This document shows positions 7,702-17,968 of a DNA stretch of 64,000 nucleotides, one piece after another (the stretch's first letter is position 1; every line of letters begins with the position of its first letter). A program made the translations under genes and the position numbers. This DNA comes from an uncultured Bacteroidaceae bacterium (GTDB lineage Bacteria > Bacteroidota > Bacteroidia > Bacteroidales > SM23-62): the NCBI GenBank assembly GCA_963777115.1, contig CAVZPP010000004.1, positions 8,635 to 72,634 of the forward strand, given 5' to 3'. Under the pieces are notes generated by a model, which searched no databases, was not told the DNA's origin, and was given only the letters and a program-made list of their open reading frames with translations.

Positions 7702-9871
7702 ATGAGAAAGATTCTGTTTGTTCTTACTAGTGTTTTAGTATCCGTAACCCTGTTTTCACAGGTGCCCCAGGCGTTTAAATACCAGGCTGTAGTTAGAGAT
7801 AACACTGGAGCTTTGCTAATTAAGCAAAGCGTGAATTTCAAGATAGATATTGTAAGGGGAGCAGTGGACGGAGTTACAGTCTACTCCGAAAGCCATGTTG
7901 CCATTACGAACATTTTTGGATTGGTGACTCTTGAAATAGGAAATGGAACCACAACAGATGATTTTGCCGCCATTGAATGGGGCGAGGACTCCCATTTTTT
8001 AAGCCTGTGGGTCAATAGTGAAGAAATGGGAACAACTCAGATTTTTAGTGTCCCTTATGCAATTCATTCAAAGATGGCAGAAACCATTGTTGTGGACGGT
8101 CAGATTAAAAACGTGTCGGATCCTACCGACGATCAGGATGTAGCGACCAAAGCATATGTGGACAGGCAGATGACCAAAACAGCTTTGCGTATACAGGCAA
8201 TAATAGATTCTATTAGTTGTTATGGGACTTTGAATGGGAAAATAGATCTCACTGTTAGTGGAGGGACTCCCCCATATTATTTTGGATGGGATAATGGTTC
8301 TACGGCAGAAGATCTTGAAAATATCGGATCTGGAACATACCAGGTTTATGTGGAAGATAGCAATGGCATAACCGCACTCAGGTTTTTTAATATGCTGGAT
8401 GCTGTGGAAATAGATATAAGCTATGAACTTACATTCAGCTCCGGGGCGATTGATATTACAGTGACCGGAGGAAAGCCTCCATATTCGTACTTGTGGAGCA
8501 ACGGAAGTACTTCTGAAGATCAAAGCGGGTTGGACCCGGGTAGTTATACTGTAACGGTGACTGACGCGCTGGCTTGTTCTTCATCCATGGAAATAACAAT
8601 GGAAGATCCGGGTGGAATTCAGTTAAATTCCTGTGAAGGATGTCATACGGATTATGATAGGCTGATCGCAGTTCATTCACCCGATACAGATCCACCTGAA
8701 ATTTTTTTTGGTATTGGAGCTCCACATTATGAGCCCTATGATCGCGTCTACCTGGGCGGAGCAGGATATGGTGAATTCAAAGCCTCGGGCCATTACACGA
8801 TTGGTTGTACAGGATGTCATAACGGAATTGGGAATTCGGGTGATAAAAATGAAGCTCATTTGGAGAACTGGAATTAATTCTCCATCTCTGATCCATGAGG
8901 AAAAATGTGTTACCTGTCACGAGACGATCAGTGATAATTACATTACCAGTTTGCACAATGGTGTGGGGCAGAAGAGGGCGGTGGCCATGCGCAGCGGATA
9001 TTCCGGGGCAACAGATTTTGGCAACCTACCAGCCCATCAGGTTGCTGCATATGATGCAAAATGTTCCTCCTGCCACGGAACCTGCGGTAATTGCCATATT
9101 GTTCGTCCCGCGAGCGGAGGAGGAGGATTGATTAGTGGACATAGCTTTAATAAGGAGCCTGATATGCTGATTGTTTGCCTCTCTTGTCATGCAGGCGGTA
9201 CCGGGAATAATTATCTTGGAGTGAGTCCCGGGACCCAACCTGATGTCCACCTCACGGAATTGAGCTTCGAATGCCTCGACTGCCATAGCGGTTTTGAGTT
9301 ACATGGTGATGGACAAGAGATAGAACAACGATACGCCTACACAGAACTGCCGGAATGTGAAGATTGCCACACGGGACAAGCATCATCCAACACTTACCAT
9401 TCAATGCACTATGATGATTTCCAATGCCAGGTGTGCCATTCCCAATCTTATAACAGCTGCGGAACCTGCCACATCAAGGACAGTCAGCTCGAAACTGCAG
9501 CATTCCAGGACTTTAAGATTGCGAAAAACACCATTCCGGGTATAAGGGGGAATCAACTGGCCCTTGTTTCTCGTACTCCTGCTCACCCGGAAAACTGGGT
9601 TGGCTATGGTGCAGAGCTGGAATATAGCAGTTTTGAAACCTTGCCTACATTCAATTACACCACACCTCATAATACTCTGAGGTGGACCTCCCGGACCAAT
9701 GTGGATGACGGAGCCTCTTGCACAACCAATTGCCATATCCGAAATGAGGGGGGTACGCTGATCAATTCAGAATTATTTCTCTGGGCAAACGATCTGGAAA
9801 CCTGGGAAGTTGAGGCCACCCAGAACTATACGGTTGATGGAATCCTTCCCGCTTACTGGTTTGTGGAATAA
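7702..9871 (+). pseudogene. Secreted multihaem c-type cytochrome (10 CxxCH + 1 CxxxCH) with N-terminal tail-fibre-like module and two SprB-type repeats; one frameshift as read near 8871
   Basis: ORFs 7702..8877 and 8708..9871. Signal peptide. IKNVSDPTDDQDVATKAYVD motif. Two CYGxxNGxIDLTVSGGxPPYxxxWxNGST repeats. Haem motifs: CEGCH, CTGCH, CVTCH, CSSCH-x2-CGNCH, CLSCH, CLDCH, CEDCH, CQVCH, CGTCH, CTTNCH. Removing one base in GGAATT (8870-8875) gives ..EAHLENWINSPSLIHEEKCVTCH. Confidence 0.8.
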
Positions 9872-10011
9872 TCCCAACGTAGTCCTCATTAACAATTACT
9901 GTGTTCTTGATTACTTCTTCATGAGAATCTTTTAACTTTAATCTATTGGTTATCCGGTAATGGCTGACGAAAAGCAGTATACAATATTTTGCATCTGAAA
10001 AACTAGAACCC

Positions 10012-10777
10012 ATGAAGTTGATTTCAGTAGTAGCCTTTATGGTTATCGTTCAGTTCCTCTGTGCCCAGGAAGGGGATGTAAAAGGGACTAACTATCACGT
10101 AAATGGCACTGTAAGTATCACGAACAATGGATTCTCTTTTATTCCCTCTTTTTCACTTGGGAAGCCAGCCCTGATCGAATATCCATCTATCGGGGGAGAA
10201 AGGTTTAGCCTTGATCCACAGATCCGTTATGACCTGGAAGGTTTTAAGCCCTGGTCATTTGTTCTTGCCTGGAGGTATAAGGCCATTCAAACCGAGCGGT
10301 TTCAATTAATGATGGGAACACATCTTCCTGCCCTTATATTCAGTGAACAAACCATAGAAGTGGAGGGATCTTCCAAAGAGTATTTTTTTCAGCTCCCGGT
10401 ATATTACCCCTGAGCTTATACCTAAATACAACCTCTCAGAAAAGATCAGCCTGGGTATTCATATAATGTATGGCTTTGGACTTAAGGAAGAGGATCAGTC
10501 AAGAAGGCTACAATTCATATCTTTACAGGCCAGCTTCAGCCAGATACGGTTAATTGGAAAAACCTATTTTAGCTGGAATCCCCAGATCTATTATTTGAGG
10601 CTTGACGAAAGTGATGGATTCTATACTGCTCAATCAATATCTTTTGGGCATCAAAAGTTTCCTGTAGAGGTCGCTACAATGGTAAATAAGGCACTTCGAA
10701 CCAATTTACCCACCAAGGACTTTGACTGGAATATTAGCCTGATCTATACATTTAAGAATCAGCTTGTGAAGTATTAA
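10012..10777 (+). pseudogene. Small predicted outer-membrane beta-barrel protein (hypothetical); one frameshift as read in T7 run 10383-10389
   Basis: ORFs 10012..10413 and 10466..10777. Signal peptide MKLISVVAFMVIVQFLCAQ. Alternating-hydrophobic strands. The C-terminus ISLIYTFKNQLVKY ends in an aromatic residue. Deleting one T joins ..SSKEYFFSSRYITPELIPKYNLSEKISLGIHIMYGFGL. Confidence 0.5.
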
Positions 10778-10824
10778 CTCTTTCAATTACCTTTATTAAT
10801 ATTTTTACCTCAACAGTCCGTGCT

Positions 10825-11670
10825 ATGGTATTTACCGTTATAACCTGGGATTTCAATCCGGAGATCTTTTCAATCGGTAATCATGGTGTCAGATGGTATG
10901 GCTTAATGATTGCCATGGCGTTATTAGCAGGGTATTTGATTTTCAAGCGATATCTCCGTGGTGACAAACTCACCCTGGAGATGGTCGATAGTCTGTTAAT
11001 TCATATTGCAGTTGCTTCTATTGTTGGAGCCAGGCTCGGTCATTGTTTCTTTTATGAACCTGAATACTTTCTGAAGAATCCCTTGGAGATTCTGAAAATC
11101 TGGAAAGGGGGACTGGCAAGTCATGGTTGGGCCATAGGTATTCTTCTCGCACTATGGCTCTATTATAGAAAGTATAAGATTCCTTTCCTGTGGCTTATGG
11201 ACAGGATTGTTATTGTCGTGGCATTAGGTTGCTGCATTCATCCGTATTGGGAAATTTTTTCAACTCGGAAATCTATGGTCTTCCAACCTCTTTGCCATGG
11301 GGTGTGGAATTTGTCAGAGACAGGCTTTACGACAGTACCACTGGTGCTTTACTCCCAACTGTTGCAAGACATCCAACCCAATTCTACGAAGCACTGAGTT
11401 ACCTTTTGATATTCATTGCATCATTTCATTTTTTATCGAAAAAGGAACATGGAAGTACGGGATGGGTTCATTTTTAGTGTCTTTATGATAGCTCTGTTTA
11501 GTGCCAGATTCTTAATCGAATTTGTGAAGAATGACCAGGTCGCATTTGAGGCAGGTATGAGTTTCAACATGGGGCAGTTGTTGAGCCTTCCGTTTATTTT
11601 TGCAGGTATAGGTCTGATTATCTGGACGAAAGCGAAGCCAAGGTACTTTTCTCAGGAGCAGATAGAATAG
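10825..11670 (+). pseudogene. lgt: Prolipoprotein diacylglyceryl transferase; three single-base frameshifts as read
   Basis: ORFs 10825..11397, 11190..11477 and 11416..11670. VRWYGLMIAMALLAGY, IWKGGLASHG, HPTQFYEAL and ARFLIEFVKND are Lgt signatures. Deleting one base at GG 11227-8, AAA 11252-4 and A5 11439-43 restores ..VVALVAAFIRIGNFFNSEIYG.. and ..FLSKRNMEVRDGFIFSVFM.. Confidence 0.9.
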
Positions 11671-11683
11671 CTATGGCCTTCTG

Positions 11684-12948
11684 CTATTGAATAAGGTTTG
11701 AAACGGCATATAAAGGGAGTACGGTTATTTTGCCATATTTCGAGAAGTTTTCCAGGGATATACGTATACCTTTAGAAGATTCCTTCTCATTGATAAACAG
11801 GTTCAGACTCTGCATTTTCCCTGTACTGCCTGATTTAATTTCAAGGGGTACAATTTGTGTTCCTTCTTCTATCAGGTAGTCAACCTCCGCATTACTCCCT
11901 CTTTTTTCTCTGTGCCAGTAATACAATTGTTTTTTTTCAGTTATGGCTGTATTTGATCAATTCAACACCCACAAATGCTTCTGCAATGCTTCCTTTATTC
12001 AGCGTGTCTATATTTTCAGCCAGCATTAAATCTGTAATCCTTAATCCGGCAATTTGTTGAAATATGCCGCTATCATGTAAAAGGCATTTGAACTTTTTAA
12101 AGTTTACATCTGAGCCCAATGGAACCCCCTGGCCGGAAGAATGGAATACTTTATAAACCAGCCCTGCCATTTCAAGCAAATCCAGTGCTTCTTTAGCTTG
12201 TGCAGGATTCGATAGGGCTCCGGCTTTCGAATATATGTATTTTCCTCCTGCCTGTTTAACAACCGAGTTCAGTACTTCGCGAAGTCGTAATACCGGAATC
12301 CTTCTTTTATACTTTGCAAAATCATCATAATAAGAAGTGGTAATGTCCGATAACACATTTTGCACCTGATTTCATATCGGTACGATTGGCAATGAAAGTC
12401 TTCACTGTCTCTGGCATTCCTCCAATCAACATGAAATACCTTAAGTATTCCTTGAGTTTTTCATGGAATGGTGGAGTAACCGGATTCTCAGATGATGCTT
12501 CTCTTTTTAATTCAATCAATGCATCCTCATTATTTGCCAAAAGAAATTCATCAAATGACATGGGATACATATACATCGAGCGGATACGGCCAACACCCCA
12601 GGATGTTAGATCGGAAAGTGCAAACTCCAGCAAAGAGCCAGCTGCAATCACATGCAATCCGGGTTTTGACTCGTAAAAGAAGCGGAGTGCCTGGATAGCT
12701 TTCGGACAGCTTTGGATCTCGTCAAAGAATAGAAGAGTCTCTCCTTCAATTATAGGAATCCTGTAATAAGCAGAAAGACTTATGCAAATTCTTTCAGGGT
12801 CGAGATTGTGGTCAAAAAAGCTCTTTAATTCCGAATTCTTTTCAAAGTTTATCTCCACAAAATACTTGAATTCCTTTGCCAGTTCCCTTACTATATAAGT
12901 CTTGCCTACCTGACGGGCTCCCCGCAAAAGCAAGACTTTCCGATTCAT
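11684..12948 (-). pseudogene. AAA ATPase with DUF4143 C-terminal domain; at least 2 frameshifts as read, N-terminus possibly truncated
   Basis: ORFs 12325..12948, 11937..12365 and 11684..11926. Walker A LLRGARQVGKT. LLFFDEIQ (Walker B-like). C-terminal YYWHREKRGSNAEVDYLIE. The junction at TTT 11952-4 is repaired by deleting one base. Confidence 0.75.
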
Positions 12949-13274
12949 ATCCTTTTTCCAGTCTACAGTGCGCTGAATATTTGTCTTCTCATTACAAATA
13001 TTAAATAGTCAATTCAAATATATGCATAAAGCATTTAAATAGCAAGGCAAATATAAATCTAATACGTTAAAATATCAATGCTAGATGGAGTGTAGAGTAA
13101 TGCTTTTACAACTTGCTAAAAGGATTAATTGGAACAAATTGATGGAAAACACAGGTCAACCTGGTATAAGTAATGAAATCATCTCGTAACTTTAGTAAAT
13201 CGGGTAGCCGGATATTTCAAGTCAAATATGAAAGTATAATTCAATACACTATAACCATCTAACTAAAACTACAT

Positions 13275-14739
13275 ATGAAACGAAGAGACTTTGTAAAGAA
13301 CATGGGTGCCACCGGCCTGGCCCTGACGGTAGTCCCAAGCTTTACTGTATCCGGCCTGGGGCATATCCCCCCAGTGATAAACTGAATATCGCCGGCATCG
13401 GGGTCGGCGAGAGGGGAAAAGGAAAGGTTAATCTGGAGAAACATGGTCGACCAGAACATCGTGGCCCTGTGCGATGTGGACTACGACTATGCTGCTCCTG
13501 TTTTTGAGACCTATCCAAAGGCAAAAAAATACAAGGATTTCCGTATAATGCTGGATGAGCAAAAGGATATTGATGCGGTGGTTATTGCCACTCCTGATCA
13601 TACCCATGCCATTCAGGCTGCAGCTGCAATGGAGCTTGGTAAGCATGTATATGTGCAGAAGCCTCTGACGCATTCGGTATGGGAATCGCGCTACCTGACA
13701 AAGTTGGCCGAAAAAACCGGGGTGGTGACCCAGATGGGAAACGAGGGTCACTCCCGAGATAATGTGTTATGAAGTGGCGGAAGTGGTTCAGAGCGGATGC
13801 CTGGGAACCATCAGAGAAGCCCATGTGTGGACCAACAGGCCCATCTGGAGACAGGGAATGCCCAAACCTTTAAAGGAGGTGAAAATACCCAAGACCCTGG
13901 ATTGGGACCTGTTTATTGGTCCTGCAAAAATGCGTGCCTACAATCCTGAATATCATCCATGGATATGGCGTGGTTGGTGGGATTTCGGGACCGGGGCCCT
14001 GGGCGACATGGGTTGCCACCTGCTGGATGTTCCGAACTATGCCCTGAAATTGGGACAGCCTGTTGCCTTCCAGGCCAGCTCCTCCCTGGTAAATACCGAG
14101 AGTGCTCCGGTTTCAGCAAAAGTCACCTATAAGTTTCCCGCAAGGAAGAACCTGCCTTATCTCGCTTTGCCCGAACTGGAGATGACTTGGTACGACGGGG
14201 GATTGATGCCAGCCCGTCCTTTTGACCTGCCCAATGATGCGCCAATGGATCCCGGGGGTGGTTTTATGTTTATCGGATCCGAGGCTATCCTGATTGCTGA
14301 AGCCTATGGGGAAGATTGGAAAGTCTATAAAGACGGCCAGGAGTTTATACCCGAGACCAAAGTGGATCTGGGAAGGATCCCCGATCATCCCACTGGAGGT
14401 GGCAGGCACGAAATGCATTTCGTCGAGTGCTGCAAGAACGGTGGCAAACCTGCATCCAGTTTTGAATATGCCGGTCCTTTCAATGAAATGGTCGTGCTGG
14501 GTAACCTGGCTGTAAGACTGCAATCTTTGAAAAAGACCCTGATGTGGGACAGCGAAATTATGAAGGTGACCAACATAGGTGACAATGAAAAAATCAGAAC
14601 TTCTCAACTTGCGCCTTATGGAAGTGATGTGGTAACCAGAAAAGTGGAGCGTGATGCAAAAAAGTGGGTTGAGCAAAATGCACTGGAAATGTGCAATGAG
14701 TGGATAAATCACAAATATCAGAATGGATGGACGATCTGA
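13275..14739 (+). pseudogene. TAT-exported Gfo/Idh/MocA-family oxidoreductase (GH109-like architecture); three frameshifts as read
   Basis: ATG at 13275 gives MKRRDFVKNMGATGLALTVVPSF (twin-arginine signal). ORFs 13443..13772 and 13762..14739. [20 protein letters not shown] and KHVYVQKPL motifs. Breaks lie at C6 13367-72, AAA 13439-41 and CCC 13753-5. Confidence 0.8.
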
Positions 14740-14770
14740 TCTCCCTCTGGCCATATCGACCTTCAGAACC

Positions 14771-16624
14771 ATGGGCATGAGGTGCCTGGTTGCAACGGGA
14801 TTAATTGTATTGGTCGGATTTACTTGTTTAAGTCAGGGACAGAGTCAACTTCGCCCCCGGTTACAATATACAGGAGCTGACAGTATTGCCAACATTTCTT
14901 ACCATGATGGGCAGATGAAACCTGCCATTGGGGTGCATAATTATCAGGTTGTCAGGGCAAACAGGGATCACCCAGAGTGGGCTGATGGCCTGGGCTGGAC
15001 CTACAATCACGCTCCAATGCTGGCTTACTGGAACGGACATTTCCTTCTTCATTATCTGTCCAATACCATGGGGGAGCATGTTCCTCCCGGAGTGACCATG
15101 ATGGCCCGTTCCAGGGATGGTATGGAATGGGAGAAACCCGAACTTGTTTTCCCGGTCTACTACACCTCAAAGCCAGGGGGGAAATATTCTGAAATAGAGC
15201 ATCACTACATGCATCAGAGAATGGGTTTTTATGTGGCTCCCGACGGCAGACTGCTGGTAATGGGGCACTATGGTGGAAACAATGGAATTGGCATAGGCCG
15301 GGTGGTAAGAGAAATCTATAAAGATTTTTCGATGGGTCCTATCTACTTTATACGCCTGAATCAACAATGGGAGGATGAGGTCAAATATCCCCTCTTTCAC
15401 GAATCGGAGGACAAGGGCTTTATCCGGGCCTGTGACTCCTTTCTTTCGGACCCTGTCAGACGCATCCAGTGGTGGGAGGAGGATTATCTGGCCCCAGATG
15501 CCGATAGCTTTTACATGCCATATGAAAGGGAGAAAGCATTTTGCTTTTTTACCATCTCCGATTCAATGATAATTGGCTTGTTTAAATCCCGACTAATGAC
15601 TTATACCAGGGATGGTGGGCAATCCTGGGCAGAGCCATACGAAACAAAAGGCTTTACATATAGCGGGGCAAAGATTTGGGGACAGAAACTGGAAGACGGG
15701 AATTACGCTGTGGTATATAATCCCACCGATGACAGTGAACGGCATCCTCTTGGTGTAGCGGTCAGTCAGGATGGTCTTAATTATGATCAGCTTGCTGTTG
15801 TCCATGGTGAGCTCCCCATAAAAAGGTACTGGGGGATTGAAAAGCGACCGGGGCCGCAGTACGTAAGAGGAATCGTTGAGGGGAACGGGAATCCTCCGGG
15901 CAATGAGCTCTGGGTGGTCTATTCAGTCAGTAAGGAGGATATCTGGATCTCGAGGATACCTATCCCCATCGAAAGGAGAGTGGAGGGCACGGTCAGGGAT
16001 GAATTTGACTTGATGGAAACAGGCCGTCATGTACCCGGCTGGAACCTATATTCACCCCGTTGGTGCCCGGTACAGCTGGTTGATGGTTTCGATTCCGGCC
16101 ATAAGTCATTGTCGCTGAGAGATAAGGACCCCTTCGACTATGCCCGGGCCACCAGGGTCTTTGGACAGGCATCCAATCATCGGCTTAAATTCAAACTCTA
16201 TGTGGACTCGAATCCCGAGCAGTTCCAGTTCGATATTCTAGACCTGCAAGGAACACGACTGATCAAGGCTAGCATTGACAATGATGGGCAGCTCTTTACA
16301 TCCGACGGGGAGAAGGGAAACCTGGTCAGTGCGCAGGTTCCTGTGGATAGATGGGTAGAGATCCACATCGATATAGACTCGAAAAAGGAAAAATACTCCC
16401 TCTATTTGGATGGAGAGGAAGTGAGCAAAGGACAACAATTTACGGCACCCGGGATGGCTGAAAGGATTGATTTCCGCACAGGGGAATATCGCCTCAACAG
16501 GGAAATTCAAGAATATAAGATAGGGGATCAGTCCATACCAGGATTTGATGAAAACAGTCCGGGTGAGCCAACCGAGGAGGCTGCCTTCTACCTACGGGAT
16601 TTTTCCACGGAGATAACAAATTAA
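14771..16624 (+). CDS. Secreted BNR/Asp-box sialidase-fold protein with C-terminal lectin-like region (hypothetical glycosidase)
   Basis: ORF 14723..16624, intact. The likely start is MGMRCLVATG at 14771 (signal peptide). Asp-box-like motifs SRDGMEW, TRDGGQSW and SQDGLNY. Confidence 0.55.
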   Translation: MGMRCLVATGLIVLVGFTCLSQGQSQLRPRLQYTGADSIANISYHDGQMKPAIGVHNYQVVRANRDHPEWADGLGWTYNHAPMLAYWNGHFLLHYLSNTMGEHVPPGVTMMARSRDGMEWEKPELVFPVYYTSKPGGKYSEIEHHYMHQRMGFYVAPDGRLLVMGHYGGNNGIGIGRVVREIYKDFSMGPIYFIRLNQQWEDEVKYPLFHESEDKGFIRACDSFLSDPVRRIQWWEEDYLAPDADSFYMPYEREKAFCFFTISDSMIIGLFKSRLMTYTRDGGQSWAEPYETKGFTYSGAKIWGQKLEDGNYAVVYNPTDDSERHPLGVAVSQDGLNYDQLAVVHGELPIKRYWGIEKRPGPQYVRGIVEGNGNPPGNELWVVYSVSKEDIWISRIPIPIERRVEGTVRDEFDLMETGRHVPGWNLYSPRWCPVQLVDGFDSGHKSLSLRDKDPFDYARATRVFGQASNHRLKFKLYVDSNPEQFQFDILDLQGTRLIKASIDNDGQLFTSDGEKGNLVSAQVPVDRWVEIHIDIDSKKEKYSLYLDGEEVSKGQQFTAPGMAERIDFRTGEYRLNREIQEYKIGDQSIPGFDENSPGEPTEEAAFYLRDFSTEITN

Positions 16625-16875
16625 TATTCAGATAGATACACTCAAATACAGAGCTGGAATGAAGAATGCGATACAAATCCTGACAGCTTCTAATCCTTAA
16701 GACCAATTTGAATAACCCCGCGAGCTCAACCAATGATCATGAGAAGCTTTATCCCGCTTTCCTATAGCCCCACATCTAGTTCGGATTATCACAAATAAAT
16801 GCTAAAAAGTTCGATGTAAATATGATAATTCAGATATTTGAGTAATATTGCACTTCGGTTTAAAAAATATAAGAG

Positions 16876-17955
16876 ATGAAGGGATTGCACATAGGAGATC
16901 TGATAGTTGAATTACCAATTATACAGGGAGGAATGGGCATTGGTGTTTCAATGTCGGGATTAGCAGCGGCAGTTGCTAACGCAGGTGGAGTTGGAGTTAT
17001 CGCCCTGGCAGGACTTGGTATGTTTGAGCCAGATGGCAGGAAAAATTTTAAGGAAGCAAACATAAGGGCCTTAAAGAGCCAGGTACAAAAGGCAAGAGCA
17101 TTGACCAAGGGTGTACTTGGTGTAAACATTATGGTTGCACTTACAAATTTTGAAGATCTGGTAAAAGCTTCTATTTCGGCCGGTATCGATATTATTATAG
17201 CAGGAGCCGGGCTTCCTTTAAGCTTACCTCAACACCTGACCAAAGGATCGAAAACAAAGCTTGTTCCGATTGTTTCGTCTGGAAGGGCGGCAAAAATATT
17301 ATGCTCTAAGTGGAAAGACCAATATGATTATCTCCCTGATGCAATTGTTGTTGAAGGGCCAAAAGCCGGGGGACATCTGGGATTTAAAAGAAAGCAGCTT
17401 GACGATCCCGATTTTGCGCTGGAAAAACTATTGCCCGATGTATTGGAGCAGGTGAGATATTTTGAAGAGACTTATCAGACCAAAATCCCGGTAATTGCTG
17501 CAGGCGGAATATATACAGGCGCAGACATTAAAAAGATTATGGATTTGGGTGCATCGGGTGTTCAGATGGGAACGCGGTTTGTTACCACTGAAGAGTGTGA
17601 TGCTTCATTGAAATTCAAGCAGACCTATATTGATTCCACAGAGGAGGATATGGAAATCATTAACAGCCCCGTCGGAATGCCGGGACGGGCTATCCGAAAT
17701 GATTTTATCGAAAAGATAAGAGCGGGGGAGAAACGTCCGGTAAAATGTCCTTATCATTGTCTGAGTACCTGCGACATCAAAACCACACCTTATTGTATTG
17801 TTTCCGCCCTGATAAATGGAAGGAAGGGCAATTTCTTTAATGGCTACGCTTTTGCCGGATCGAATGCATACAAAGCGACAAAAATAGTTTCTGTTAAAGA
17901 AACAATGGAATCATTGGTAAAGGAATTTGAAGAAGCGGTCCTTAAACCTGAATAG
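16876..17955 (+). CDS. Nitronate monooxygenase / FabK-like FMN-dependent oxidoreductase family protein
   Basis: ORF 16876..17955, 359 aa, intact. PIIQGGMGIGVS, VVEGPKAGGHLG, IPVIAAGGI and GVQMGTRF are typical of the NMO (2-nitropropane dioxygenase-like) TIM barrel. Confidence 0.8.
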   Translation: MKGLHIGDLIVELPIIQGGMGIGVSMSGLAAAVANAGGVGVIALAGLGMFEPDGRKNFKEANIRALKSQVQKARALTKGVLGVNIMVALTNFEDLVKASISAGIDIIIAGAGLPLSLPQHLTKGSKTKLVPIVSSGRAAKILCSKWKDQYDYLPDAIVVEGPKAGGHLGFKRKQLDDPDFALEKLLPDVLEQVRYFEETYQTKIPVIAAGGIYTGADIKKIMDLGASGVQMGTRFVTTEECDASLKFKQTYIDSTEEDMEIINSPVGMPGRAIRNDFIEKIRAGEKRPVKCPYHCLSTCDIKTTPYCIVSALINGRKGNFFNGYAFAGSNAYKATKIVSVKETMESLVKEFEEAVLKPE

Positions 17956-17968
17956 CCTGACTTGATAA

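Noticed and set aside
11190-11488. ORFs 11190..11477 and 11297..11488 as independent genes.
   Set aside because: They are alternative frames of lgt created by the three single-base insertions.
14113-14778. Long antisense ORFs opposite recognisable genes: 14113..14778 (221 aa), 35138..35896 (252 aa), 61050..61556 (168 aa), 1274..1750 (158 aa), 5635..6078, 7108..7500, 8068..8523 and 22205..22669.
   Set aside because: Each lies fully inside a gene with clear family signatures on the other strand. They have low-complexity or odd composition and no recognisable motifs. They are shadow ORFs.
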